From contig NW_005434543.1 of assembly GCF_000315625.1 (NCBI RefSeq), forward strand, positions 125,963 through 189,962: a DNA stretch of 64,000 nucleotides, in the 5' to 3' direction. Position 1 is the first letter of the stretch; each line of letters opens with the position of its first letter. The translations under genes were made by a program, and so were the position numbers. Below the pieces are notes generated by a model, which was not told where the DNA came from, ran no database searches, and saw only the letters and a list, made by a program, of their open reading frames with translations. This DNA is from Guillardia theta CCMP2712 (Eukaryota > Protista > Cryptophyta). This document shows positions 35,250 through 50,900 of the stretch, piece after piece.

Positions 35250-38200
35250 TCGTAGCTCGAGGGCCTTGAGGATATCTTTGCTGGAGAAGCGATCAGCTGC
35301 CGTTCTTGTCAGGCAGTTGCTCAGTATGTAGCTGTAAAATAAAGTGAGACAAGACTAGCTCCTCCTGCACCCACCTCATGATGGCGTCACAGACCCCCGC
35401 CCCCGCCCCCGCGTCCTCGACACCCTCTGGGATGGAGCGAGCAAAGAGAAACTCGTAGAAGAGAGCTCCGGCGAGGAACACGTCTTGCGAGGGATGCGCG
35501 CACAACCTGTGAAGCTCCTTCCTCTCTCGTGCCTCCTGCAGCTGACCCGCTGTTAGCTCCCCTTCCTCCCTCTCTGCCTCCTCCTCCCCCTCGTCTCTTC
35601 CCGCTCACCTCAGGAACTCGATAGTCCAGCAGGTCCCAGGCTCGATGATCGAGCAGCTCTCCTTCCTTGTGCGCCACTGGAGTGCGAGTGAGGATGGGAG
35701 GAGGGAGATGTGCGCGGGGTTACCATCGAGGTCGAAGAGAAGCCATCGCCCCTGACTGAATCCCCAGCTGTCCGCCTGCACCCGTCCGAGCACGATCTTG
35801 TGGTCATGCAGGAATTCGAGGGAGGACGCGACGACAAGGATGAGATCTGTAAGTTGCTCCTGCTGTTTCCTCGTGCCCTGCTCACTCTCCTCCTCCCTTT
35901 CTCCTCCTTCCTCCTTCGCTCGAATTCGCTTCACTGCCGCACTCATTGTCTCTTCGACTGCGGGGAGGACGAGGACGTGCAGCAAGGAGGAGCTGCCGTC
36001 GTCGTGGAGGACGGGAACGTCGGGGGCCTGGAGAAGGAGAGGAGCGACGGGGAGGCGCGAGCTGCTCCTGCGCGTCAGGACCGCGAGCATAGCGGCGACC
36101 CGATGGAGCTCAAGGCGATGACGGTAGAGGCGGAGGAGAACGCGAGGAGGCGACGAGCCGCTGAGGTCACGAGCATGTAGCGACGTGTGTTGAAGGCACA
36201 TCTACATGCGAGTTAGCGAGGATGATGAAGAGGATGAGGATGCGATGGTGCTGGTTGGAGCGAAGGAGGAGGAGGAGGAGGAGGAGGAGGCGGGGGGGGG
36301 GGGGGGGGGGGGGGCACCTGATGGTGGAGCTTCTTGAGCTGCATTAGTCGGGTCTTCCTCGCTTCTCTTCCTCCTCCTCTCGTCTGCTCGTAGGCCAGCT
36401 GGAGGTCCAGCGGAGGCATTTCGATTCCTTCGAACCAGAAGCGATGGAGAAACAGGCCGGCCTTCTCTTCCTTCCCCTCCTCCCCTCGCGCCCTCCTCCT
36501 CTCCTTCCCTCCTCGCCAAACCCGCTGAATTTCTCCTGCTGCTCGTCCCTTCCTCCTCCTCTCAACCTCCTCTCTTTGCTCTTCGAACAGTCGCCTCCCG
36601 ACGTGACCTCGAAAGCTCTTCTGCAGCACCAGCGCCGATCGCAGCTCCTCCTCCTCCCGCACTGCTCGCACAAGTCGCTTCCTTTGCCTTCGCGCCAGGA
36701 AGACTCGCGAGTTGGAGACGAGGAGGGAGGCGGCGAGTTCTTCGAGCCTCATTCTCCTTCTCTCTCGCTCCTCTCTCGTCCCTCTCCTCGTCTTCATCCC
36801 AACGTAACCTGCTCTGATAACGTGACCTGCTCTGATGACGTCACCTGCTCTGATAACGTCACCTGCTCTGATCCGCGTGGCCATCCCCTCCTCCCTCGCA
36901 GCCTGCGCAGCTTCGAGAGGATGTGCCTTGCATGCAAGGTCACTTCCCCTTCCGAGTCGCTGCCAAGTCACCTGCTGCTGCTGCTGCTCCAGCACTTGCT
37001 CGTACTCGCGCTGCTCTCTGCCCTTGTGTCAGCTGCTGCTGCCCTGCCGCTTCCCTCACCTCATCGCCTCCTCCTTGGCTGCTTCAAACTCCCTCCGCTC
37101 TCGCGCCAGTTCCTCCTCCGCCTCCTGCATCTCCGCACGCTCCTTCTCTGCCACTCTCTCCGCCTCCTCCGCCTTGACACGCTGCTGCTCAGCTTCCTGC
37201 CTCGCTGCCTCCGCTTCTTCTCTCTCCCTCCTCGCCACTTCCTCCGCCTGCTCACTGTCATCGTCTCATTCTCTGCACTTGTACCTTTCACCTGCCTCCT
37301 CCTCCCTTCTGCTTCCGCCTCCTCAGCTTCAGCAGCTCGCAGCTCCTCCAGAGCCTCGTCATACTTCCTCCAAGCTGCGATGCGTCAGCCACACCCCCCG
37401 CCTCCCCCCCTTCAGCCTCTCCTGACACTGCCCCTCCGCCCTCCCACTCCCTTCTCTTCCTCCCGCCCTCACCTTCCTCCTCGTCCTCCTTCTCTCGCTC
37501 TCCTTGGTTTCTTTGCGTCAGCTCTGCAATGAGCTCTTCCGACTTCTTTCGCATCCCTGCAGCTTTCGCTCTCCTCCTCTCCTCCTGCAGCTCCATGTTA
37601 CCCTTCTCTCCTCCTCGCTCACACTCACCTCCTCCAGCAGCGACTGCACCTCCTCCTCCGCGGCGATCGCTTCCTCCTCTTCCTGCTCGCTGCCTCATGC
37701 GGAGTGGCAGTAGGAGTTTGTCTCGCACCTTGAGCAGCATCTTCTCCTTCTCCTCTACTGCCGCCCGTTCTTTTTCTGCTGCTTTTTCTGCCTCCTCCGC
37801 CTCTCTCCTCTCCTTCTCCCACACTGCCTGCGAGTCCGTTAGTGCCTCCTCTCCTCGACCTCCTCCTACCTCTGCCGCCTCCATCTCCATCCTCTCCTTC
37901 TCGGCTCGAGCTGCAGCTTCCTCTGCTTCCTCTCGCTCCTTGTCGAGGCTTGTTCTCACCCACAGCGTGATCTCCAACAGCTCCTCGGTTCTGCCGTCCT
38001 CTTCCTCCGCCTCCTCTCCTCTCCTCTCTCTCTCCTCTCGCGCCTTCGCCTTCGCCTCCTCCAGCTCCTCCCGACCTTGCAGTAAAGTCTTCTGCTTTCT
38101 CGTGTCAGTCCAGCGGCAAGTAGAGGCGAGAGAGCAAGCGAGCGAATAGAAGCAAAGGGGGGGGGGCAAGACAAGGAGAAAAGAAGAAGGGGGGGGGATG

Positions 38201-38690
38201 GACTTGAACCTTTCCATCTTGCTTGATGAGGAAGAGCTGGAAGGAGAAGTGGAAGGAGAATTCTCTTGCGATGTCTTGTAGCAGCTGCTCGATGCTCGTC
38301 TCTTCTCGCAGCAGCAGCAGCCTCGTCTCCTCCTTGTGCCTCACTCGCACCCTCAGCCAGCGGGTCGCCGGAGGCTGTTGGAGGAGGAGAGAAGATCGAA
38401 CTGCTGCCAGCTCCTCCTCCGCTCCCATCACTCGCTCCAGCAGCCACCTCCTCTCCTCCACCTCAGCAGCTACTCGCATCCTCCTCGCGCTTCTCCTCTG
38501 CTCGTCGCTGCTGATCACCATGAAGGCGGTACCGTCGTGTAGCTGAGGGAGAAGCTTGCTCCTCCGCACAAGCCCGCGGGTCCTGGGGGTCCTCGGGCCA
38601 CGTCGAGGAGGAGACGAGAAGCGCATTCCCTCCTCCCTGCGATGAGCCGCAGACGAGGAGACGTCCTCACGCCAGACAAAGTGAGCTCCC
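35250..38690 (-). CDS. Multi-exon protein: PB1-like segment, long E/R/A coiled coil, two IQ motifs and a degenerate kinase-like C-terminus; probably continuous with the upstream TPR exons
   Basis: LRVRVRHKEETRLL..SIEQLL; LVLQKSFRGHVGRR and GEIQRVWRG; SLEFLHDHKIVLG..WLLFDLD..SQDVFLAGALFYE. Confidence 0.6.
36801..36872. repeat. 18-bp tandem repeat x4 (CGTSACCTGCTCTGATRA) in an intron
   Basis: Visible copies. Confidence 0.85.
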
Positions 38691-38769
38691 ACTCTCTCGC
38701 TCTCTCCACCTCCTCTCTCACTCGCTCCTCTCTCACTCGCTCTCCTCTCTCTCCCTCCCTTCCCCTCTA

Positions 38770-40420
38770 TCGCTTCTCCGCTTCCCCTGCCGCTCCTCTT
38801 CTGAGATGTCTGAGTGCCGATGGAGGGCAGACGAACGTCCGACCGGGAAAGACGTTGCCGAGTCTAAGAGAAAGACGTGAGGAAGGGAAGAGGCGACGAG
38901 AGGGGAGGAGGAGAGGGAGGGGGACGAGAAGGGAAGAAGGAGGAAGAGGGTACAAAGGAAGCACAGAGTTCAGAGAGCTTACTTCATCAGCAGCGCATCT
39001 CATCGCTCGACTCTTCGCATGATGCTCTCCCCAGAGCTTCTTGGACACTTCGAAAGCCTTCAAACATCTCAGATTCCTCCTCCTCCTCGTCCTCGTCCTC
39101 CTCCCCTCCCTCCCTCTCTACCCTTCTCGATCTAGTCCCAGCCATGCCCCCCCCGTCCTCCCCCCACAACTCCCTCACTCTTCGTACCTGTTCGTACATC
39201 CTGCTCGCCTCCTCCAGCTGCTCCATCGCCTCGTACTGAGCGCCAGCATTGTAGAGTGCCGCCAGGCGGATCACCGCTGCCTCCTCCTCCTCCTCCTCCT
39301 GCTCCTCCTCGAGACCGACAGACATCATCTGCAACATTCTCCTCAGCTCTCCTCCTCTCTCCTCCTCGTTATCCTCAGCCGTCACTTCGCATGCCTCCTC
39401 CACCTCCCCCTGCCCTCCTCACCTGGACGGCGGCGAGCGCGTGTGCAAGGGCTGCATGATGCTGACGGAGGTGGGAGAGAACGACACAGAGGTTTAGATG
39501 CTGAGGGAAGAGTGAGACGAAGAGCATGCAGAGCGAGGGAGGAGGAAGAGGAGCGAGGGAAACGAGGGAGAGGATAGAAGAAGGAGGGACGAGAAGGAAT
39601 GTACTGTTCCAGCAGGTCCGGGCGAAGAGTCCAGCATGAGTTCCAATCGAAGAGCCTGAGGAGGGTGAGGAGAAGAAGAAACTCCTGTCTGGTCCTCACC
39701 TGCTCCAGGTACCTCAACGCTGAATGCCACTTCCTCCTGCTCTTGTAGAAGCAGCCCAAGTTGTTCAACTGCACTATCCCGTCAGCCCATACTATAATCC
39801 TCATCCCATCCCTCCCTCCCTCCCCTTCTCTCGCTCCCTCGCTCCCTCCTCTTCTCTCGCTCCCTCCTCCCAGGCACCGAGACAGCTTTCATTCTCAGTC
39901 GGCTTTCTTTGTCAGCAAAGAGAGGAGGAGACTCGGTGAGAGACAGAGCCTGTGCAGCACAAGTGACGACACCAACCAGAGCCAGGGAGGGAAGAGAGGA
40001 AGGAGAGGGAGAGACGAGAAGAGCAAGGAAAGGGGAGGGAGAAGAGGAGAGGAAATCAGCAACGCGAGAAGAAAAGCACTGGACGAGACGGAGAGAAAGC
40101 AGCAGGAGAGAAGGAGAGCAAGAAGAGGAGGGATGGGGATACTGATGCAGACAGTAGGCGGAAGGAAAGGAGGCTGGTGCTGGGGGATCGGGAGAAGACG
40201 CAGAGGAGGAAGGGGCAGTTGAGACCTTTTCGAGGAGCTGGAAGGCTTCAGCATGGCTGCCCGCCTATGGGAGGATGAGGGTACGAAGGTGATGAAGTTG
40301 GTAGAAGAAGGGGGAAAGAGGGAGCAAGGAAGCTGCGCATCTACCTGGAGTTTCAGCATCCCCAACGTGTTGTACTGAGAGACGAGGAGCTGACTCGCCG
40401 AGTTCAGCTGTTGTCTCAAT
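38770..40420 (-). CDS. TPR-repeat exons; 5' end lies in or beyond the gap at 40509-40949
   Basis: YNTLGMLKL, LNNLGCFYKSRRKWHSALRYLEQ-ALRLE, HLNLCVVLS and ALYNAGAQYEAMEQLEEASRMYEQ. Confidence 0.7.
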
Positions 40421-42062
40421 TACCTCCCGAGGGTGCGATAGCGAATGCAGAAGGAAAGAAGGTTGTGAAGAGAGGGAGGGAGGGAGGGAGGGAGGGAGGG
40501 AGGGAAGTNNNNNNNNNNNNNNNNNNNNNNNNNNNNNNNNNNNNNNNNNNNNNNNNNNNNNNNNNNNNNNNNNNNNNNNNNNNNNNNNNNNNNNNNNNNN
40601 NNNNNNNNNNNNNNNNNNNNNNNNNNNNNNNNNNNNNNNNNNNNNNNNNNNNNNNNNNNNNNNNNNNNNNNNNNNNNNNNNNNNNNNNNNNNNNNNNNNN
40701 NNNNNNNNNNNNNNNNNNNNNNNNNNNNNNNNNNNNNNNNNNNNNNNNNNNNNNNNNNNNNNNNNNNNNNNNNNNNNNNNNNNNNNNNNNNNNNNNNNNN
40801 NNNNNNNNNNNNNNNNNNNNNNNNNNNNNNNNNNNNNNNNNNNNNNNNNNNNNNNNNNNNNNNNNNNNNNNNNNNNNNNNNNNNNNNNNNNNNNNNNNNN
40901 NNNNNNNNNNNNNNNNNNNNNNNNNNNNNNNNNNNNNNNNNNNNNNNNNTCTCTCTCTCTCCTCCTCCTCCTCCTCCTCCTCCTCCTCCTCCTCCCTCCC
41001 TCCCTCCCTCCCTCCCTCCCTCCCTCCCTAGCTCCTCCCTTCCATTCCTCAACCGTCCGACAGAAATTTTCCCAGTACCATTCCAACCCGCCTCAGAGGA
41101 ATCTAGTCCCTTACTGAGACTTTCGGCCCGGCGGGACCGGGCCCGACCGGATCTCAAACCTGAAAATATTTTTGAAATTTAATATCGAATTTCAAATAAT
41201 TTGAACTAGCAATTCGGAGGCCGCAAGAGATACCCGCAGATTGTACCGCAAGGACTGCAGGGGGTTATTTTTAGAACGCTTTTTAATGGTTAGTCTTTCT
41301 TGGGGGTGGGGGTACTGTTTATGGTCGTTTGCAAGGGGAAAGAACAGCGTTGAATGGGGGGGTAGGGGTGATCAAGAACCCCTGGAATTCTAACATAAAC
41401 TCTGGTACAACGAGGGGTGGAGAGAGAGGCGGGGGTTGGGTGTAGAAGGTCTTAACCGGCTCTGAAACTGATTTACTTGCAAATTGAAATGGATAAGGAA
41501 TATTTGAACAATGCCGAAATTGGTTTGGAAAACGTTGCACAAACATGGTGAAGCAGAGGAGCGAGCGCAAGGGATGGAGGGAGAGGGGATGCGGCCCCTC
41601 AAGTCGCTCATGCTCAGAGCATGATACCTCTCCTGTTACTTCTCCTCTGCCAGCCCCATGGCCTCCCTTCGCTCTCACATGCAGTGACGCGAATAGCAAA
41701 GAACGCAGAACAATTTCGAACATGATGTAGTTTGCTAGTTCGTGACTGAAGCAACGTAGATTGATGCAGCTTGTTCCTTGAGCATTGTCTTTGATATAGG
41801 TGACACCATTGGGTAATGAAGCATTGGAACCTGATGAATGAATACGGACTCGAATACGAGGAATAGTTAGATATATCTTTGCATTTCAGGTCGTATGTTA
41901 GCATATCTGTTCAGACAAGATGAAGTTTTCTTTATCCTTTGAAAGCTTGGTTTGGTCATTAAGTTAATAACGTGCATTTGCCAGGTTTAGTATATGAGCT
42001 ATGGAAAGAAGTGAGATTGAGCTGTGAAGAGGATTTCTTGGAGCGATCATCAGCCTTGAGAG

Positions 42063-43067
42063 ATGGAGGGAGGGAACGAATCTTGCTCGGTTCTGATCAA
42101 GTCAGACCCGCCATACATTGTCAAGCAAGTTTCACCGTCATGGACAACTTTCTTTGGGTTTAAACAAGATTTCGTGGTGGGCAAGTCGTTGAAAATATGT
42201 CAAGGGCCGTCGACGAATTTCCAGATGTTGCAGGAGATGATAGAGACTGCGATAAAGAAGCCTGGGGAGTGTCCGATGAGTCTGTTGACCTTGTACGACC
42301 AAGCGGGCGACGAGGTCAGCCTGAATGTGCGGGTCAGTCTCGCAGGAGAGGAGGAACCCAGCAGGTATAACGTGCTGCTGTCCATGTTCGAACCTCGCCT
42401 GGACGCGCCTGATCACGATGCTGGGAGCGTGTTCGATTGCTTGACCGCATGCCGGGCCCTGCAGAGTCGGGCGGGGAGTCTGATGAAGCAAGGGGAAGCA
42501 AGCAAGGACACGCTGGATGGATACCTTAGGACGTTGGAAGCCAAGGACAACGAGCTGCACATGATCGAACTCGATCTGAGACGCGCCAAGGACGAAGTCG
42601 CGGCGAAGGTGAAGGTCGTGCGGGATGAGCAGACGTTGATCGGCGAGTATCAAGCGAGGGCTGAGGAGCTGTGTGCTGAGTTGCAGCTCATGGAGCGAGA
42701 GGGCAGCAGCGCGAGTCTGCACGGTGAGAAGCTTCGAGCCATCTCGGAGGAGCTTCAGAGTTTGAGTCTCGACCCCTGTGAACCTCCCTTCGGCGAGGGC
42801 GAAGTTTCCGCCCCCGCCCTCCGTGCTCGTGCTGAGGAGATCAGGGAGAGAATAACTCGCCTCCTGTGGGGGGCGGCACTGGAAGACTGCTTCTCTGACG
42901 CCTCCACCATCTCTAGCGGTTCCATGTCCTCCACGAGCTCCTTCGACTCTTACTCCTCCTCGAGTTCGCTCTCGTCCTCGAGCACTTCAGGAAGCAGCCA
43001 GAATCGCGCGTTGCTCGCGCATCTCAAAGCCATGCGTAAGTTCCGGAAAACTAGTGAGAAAGCGTGA
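42063..43067 (+). CDS. PAS (LOV-like) domain protein with coiled coil, intronless
   Basis: PYIVKQVSPSWTTFFGFKQDFVVGKSLKICQGPST is a PAS-fold pattern, followed by a heptad-rich region and a Ser-rich tail. Confidence 0.7.
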   Translation: MEGGNESCSVLIKSDPPYIVKQVSPSWTTFFGFKQDFVVGKSLKICQGPSTNFQMLQEMIETAIKKPGECPMSLLTLYDQAGDEVSLNVRVSLAGEEEPSRYNVLLSMFEPRLDAPDHDAGSVFDCLTACRALQSRAGSLMKQGEASKDTLDGYLRTLEAKDNELHMIELDLRRAKDEVAAKVKVVRDEQTLIGEYQARAEELCAELQLMEREGSSASLHGEKLRAISEELQSLSLDPCEPPFGEGEVSAPALRARAEEIRERITRLLWGAALEDCFSDASTISSGSMSSTSSFDSYSSSSSLSSSSTSGSSQNRALLAHLKAMRKFRKTSEKA

Positions 43068-43157
43068 GAGGGAAGAGCTTGGGCTGGAGCAGGACTATTT
43101 TTTATCAGAAGAAAAGCTTTACGTTCGTTAACTTCGCCTCCCGGTCCTCGTCCTCCT

Positions 43158-46082
<2,925 letters not shown>

Positions 46083-46514
46083 CGCAGCAAATCCTGAGAG
46101 GAGCATGCAAGTGTCATGCAAGTGAAAGCACACTGACGAGTTCCCATCTTTACACATCGCTTGCTTCTGCTCTGCTTCTACCCCCGTCGCCTCTTTCTCC
46201 CTCCCTCCTCCTCTCCTCTCCTCTCCTCCTAGTTCCATTAGATCTTCCATGGCCTCCTCTCTCGCTAACTTGCTGTCGCGGTTCTGCCCCGGCCGGGCCG
46301 GGCCGGGGGCCGGGGGCCGGGCGCGGCCCGGCGGCGGCCCAGGGCCCCCGGGTCCGGTCGGACCGTCCGACGGTCACCCGGTGGCACTCCGCACGTGGGC
46401 GGTGATCACTGGCAGCGGCCAGTCAGGAGTGATCGGCCGTTTTGCTCAAGACCGAGTTTAATGCACACAAAACCAGAATTGAGGAGCACATGGAAGATAG
46501 ATTGTATGCTAGGA

Positions 46515-46609
46515 TGTCGGAAACCCAAGCATCCAGACAGTAAGTCGTCTTGGTTTACAGAAGAGTATTTGTTAACTCGGCGCTATCTGACTGGCACGGC
46601 TGGCATACG
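46515..46609 (-). repeat. Dispersed repeat copy 2 (inverted relative to copy 1)
   Basis: 42-bp exact match to 11110-11151. Confidence 0.9.
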
Positions 46610-47333
46610 TTCCTACACTGTCAGGTGACCGGACGGTTGTACAGTACTCCGACCGTACGGCGATGCTCAGTATGGCAGGCTCAGTACCGTAGTACCGGGT
46701 AACTTGCCAACGGAAAGTCACCATTTCAAGTTGGCAGCCTGGCACAACGCCGGGAGTCCGAGTCGGACCCGGTACTACGCCAGGCCCTCATGATCGGACC
46801 GTGATGAAAGTTCAGTGATTGTATAATACTTACAGCCCAGGCGGCCGGGCCCGGGCCGGCCTCCGAGCGGTACGGTCCGTGCCCGTCGGTAGCCGGCATG
46901 ACTCACGTCTCCATCTGTTGAAAAGACTCGATTTCGATGGGGTTATGCCGATCTCGTATGGTTGAAAGACTTCATTTCGATGGGGATATTTCATTCGAGG
47001 TAGGGGTAGTTTCCCCTCATTCTAGAGCTTCTTGGGGTGGGGTGGCGGGGCAGAGTTATTGCAAGCTCTGATTGGCCCTCCCCCAGCAAGTTCCCCGCTC
47101 CCCATGCCGCCTCCCGCTCCTCGTCCTGCAGTCTACGTTCAACCTCGTCCAAGAGAAATCTTCTGCTCCTCTGCCCTACCAAGCGTAGAAGTATCTCCGA
47201 CGGTCTTGGAAGCCTTGTTTCATCTCCGCCAGGAAGACGCTGCTTCTGCCCTGGTAGGCCACCTTGAGTTCTGTTGTGGCGCTGACTTGTTGGTCATGAC
47301 ATCAGGGCATATCACTCACAAGCTTCAAGAGCG

Positions 47334-47719
47334 CATGCCGAAAGATAGGAGTGTCAAGATGGCCATACGATCGATGGGAACCAGCAGACGACGACAGCTT
47401 GCGGAAGCACAGGAGGAAAAAGCGAGCAAGCAGGAAGATCAAGGAGGAGGCGAACGCAAGTCCGAAGGATGGAGACGAGGCTGAGCCCGTTGCTCTGCTT
47501 CCATTCGACTCAGTCGCAGCAAAGACTCAAGGGGAGGAAACAGAGATCGAAGACGGCTCGAGCACAGATTGGTTGCAACAGATTAACGAGAGTTCAATAG
47601 AAGCAGAGCAGTGTGGCTTGAGCGCCGAGTCCTGCTTCTTTCAAGACGACCTTGTCTTCTATCCCATTTCCCAAGAAGACCGTGATCATCAATGGATGCG
47701 ATACTTCCTGCAGAGCTAG
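47334..47719 (+). CDS. Small hypothetical protein (last exon; start unclear)
   Basis: Coding-like ORF RKHRRKKRASRK...CFFQDDLVFYPISQE; no family recognised. Confidence 0.35.
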
Positions 47720-47946
47720 ACCCAATGTCTAAGAACTGCGTAGCTCTCAACCAAACAATATTTCTATTTCGTGTGCTGACCATATCTAGTAATCTCTCAA
47801 GTCTTGTGTTTGTTGTCGCATTTCAATCTCAACAAGATCTTTGTCTCATGCTGTGTATAAACCAATGAATATTCTTCTAGCTTAACTGTAACTTCTCGCT
47901 CCCCTCTCGTTCCTCTTCGTGCTCGCTGCTTCGTGCTCACTGGATA

Positions 47947-50900
47947 TCAGTCGACCCATGTTGGCAGGGGCATGGGGTAGTACTGGTACCTGCAGGCTGC
48001 GGTCACTATCACCTCCTCCTCTCCTCCCACAAACCTCTCGAAGTAGCTCAGGTAGTCATCGATGGCCTTGCGTCGCATGAGGAAGACGATGCCCCGGTCT
48101 TTGTACGAGAAATCTCCTGCTCTCAATCAGCCCTCTCCAGTCAACGTCGCATCCTCCATACCAACAGCCATGAGGTCGCCCGAGTCTCGTCCCGTCCGCT
48201 TGTTCGCTCGATCCGTACTCACTGGGTTGCCCCACAGCGGCTTCCCGGTCACGTCGTTGCCTAGTGCTCCGCCAGACGTCGAACCGTCTGGAGCCAAGGT
48301 GAAGGGGCAGGAGGGCGAGAATAAGAGAGAAGCGAGGGAGGGGATGAGAAGGCGAGGACGGCTCGAGGGAGCAGGAGCTACCTCCAGGCCGGAACTTGCT
48401 GCCCTTCTCGTTTGTGGCTGGGAGGTACTGTGAGGCGAAGGAGCGGGCCTGTATGAGGGTCAGCTCTTGGACCCCCAGCCTCCTCGTGGGTCCGCGCCTG
48501 CTTCAGGTAGTCGACGCTGACTGGGTCCACGTCCCCCGTAGGACCCGCACACGCAACCTCAGTGCAGGGCCCCTGGTTGCAAACTCCGTTGGAGTCCACG
48601 TAGTTGGGACAGAGCTGGGCAGCTGCGGTCAGGCGTGCGGAGGGATCGCCAGGCGGCCCCTCACCTGATAGGTCGAGCGAGGGATGGAGAAGTAGCCCGC
48701 GTAGACTGTGCTGGAGGTCGAGGGAACCCACGCGCCTCGGACAGACTCGGACAAGCTGTACTGATAGTCCGACTTGGACATGTCGTGAAGCGTGTTCCAT
48801 CGACTTCGACACGAGCAGTCTTGCGCGTAGACGCCTGGGTCCGTACTGCAGTAGGGCAGACCAGTCGAGCTGCACAGGCACGACCCGTTGCTCGGCAGGT
48901 TGATCCCTCCCCCGCAATACCCGTAAGGATCGTATGCATCCCCACCCGCTGCGGTGCCGTCGTTGGTCCCCTCGAACATCCATCTGTTGTGTCAAGTCAG
49001 CACGGAGGAGCAGGAGGAGCAGGCGTACCGCACGGGCTCGTACCCGTAGGCGCTTGACAGCGAGGTAGTCGCGAACCGATACTTGTCGACTCTCTTGGCA
49101 CTGCCCAGGTCGAGGATGAGAGGAGTCAGCTCGTAGTAGTCGCAGGTGGCCCCGTTGTTGGACTGCTCGTAGAAGGAGGAGGACCCGCAGCTCACGGAGT
49201 TGGAGTCGCAGTACTGGCCAGGGAGGGAGGGGCAGGAGATCTCCGAGCCGGGGGACGAGGGGCAGTTGTCTATCGCCAAGTTGGGCGAGTTGGACAGCAC
49301 GGGCTTCACCGTTTGCGAGGTCACGCTTGACGAGACCGGGGCAGGAGCGTAGGGGTTGGTGGCTGCGGAGACTGACAGCCGCTGCGGGGGCTGGGTCGAG
49401 TCGCTCGCGTCTTGGAACAGCTGGATCTCCTGGATCGACCAGCCGCCTGCGATGCAGCAGCCGGTGCAGGCAAAGCCCGGGCTGTACCAGCGCGACGTCC
49501 AGCCGCTGGTCGCCTTCATGACACGGAGTCGATAGTAGCGGTAAGAGGCTGCGGGAGGAACGATCCAACTGCGTCGACACGCCGTCGGGTTGTTGCCGGT
49601 AGAGCTGAAGGCCCCATACCCCTGCCCGCTGTACCCTGAAGTGTATCCGGCTTGAGCGTAGCCTGTCCAGTACTGCCCTTGTTGGATGCAGTCGATGACC
49701 GCCAGCTTGTTCGTCCCGTCGTAGTGCAGCACGCGAGCAGACTGAGCGACGCCCACGCCCGATGTGATGGCCACGTACCAGTTGCGGTAGACGTTGTCAG
49801 TGGAGGAGGCCAGGCTGTCAAGAGTCAGGGTGGCGCAGCGGCGGAGGATGCCTCCCTGCTGGATGCTGATGGAGGCCTGAAGCTTCGCGTCGAGCTGCGC
49901 AGAGGCAGAGATACCAGAGTTCAACACCCCAGTGTCGGAGATGATGTTGATCGCCGCGCCTACCGCATGAGCAGCAGCGACTGAGCCAGACCTCGCTCGC
50001 CGAGTCGTCAGGTTGTTCCCCTGGACTCCCACCACCTCCAGGATCTCGTCGTCTATCAGGATGTACGACCCGCTCGCGATGTTTGACGCGTCGGCTGCCA
50101 CTACGGTTGTGAACCCCTGGCAGTCAGTCACCTGCGAGGGGTACCCGTACCAGGGGCCGTTGGTTCGAACCTCGTAGCGCGACGTCGTCGTCGGGTAGGC
50201 GCCGAAGCTGCTGGAGACGGTCACGAAGCGATCGGCGTTGTAGCCAACGATGTCGCGGACGTCCGTGAGGTTGTAGGAACCCACGCCCGAGGATGGAGAC
50301 GTGGTGGTCGTCAGCTGGAGCGAGAACCCGATGTAGATGCCGTCAAAAGGCGCCGCCGAGCTGTCGAGTTTCATCACAGTAGAGCTCGCGACTGCTGTGA
50401 TGGTTCCTGAGTCGATGACGCCCCCGGGACAGCTAGCGGGCAGAGCGACTTGCAGGGTCGTCGAGTAGATCCACTGCATGGTTGTTGCCAGCCCTTGCGC
50501 TTCGCCTCCTAGAGTACCAGCGTACCACGAGCACAAGAGCCCGCTGCTGCACTCGCAAGCAGCCGAGCAGTAAGCCCCCAGGTTGTCTTGACCGTCATGG
50601 CAGTTTCCCGCCCACGTCGATGAGGCCTGTTGGTCTCCGAGCTGGCAGTCAGCGTCAGCGTAGCAGCTCTGACCGTTGAGGTATCCTCCGTTGCAGTAGC
50701 AGCCCGTCGCTTCGGTGCTTGACTGCACGTACCCGCTGACGCCGGGCAGTCACGCGTCACCGTCACGCGTCACGATCACGTTCCTAGTCGCTCACCTGTT
50801 GTCTGTCGGGGGGCACCTGAAGTTGTCGTCGCAGTGCTTGCGGTGCAGGGCCCACTCGTTGTGGAACTCGCTCCCGTACCCGAACTGACTGCTGTTGTAC

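Noticed and set aside
46591-46620. tRNA-like A box (TGGCACGGCTGG) in the 42-bp core
   Set aside because: No correctly spaced B box or cloverleaf, so it is not called as a tRNA or SINE.
46917-46990. About 28-bp imperfect direct repeat (GTTGAAA.GACT..ATTTCGATGGGG.TAT)
   Set aside because: Only two copies; most simply a local duplication.
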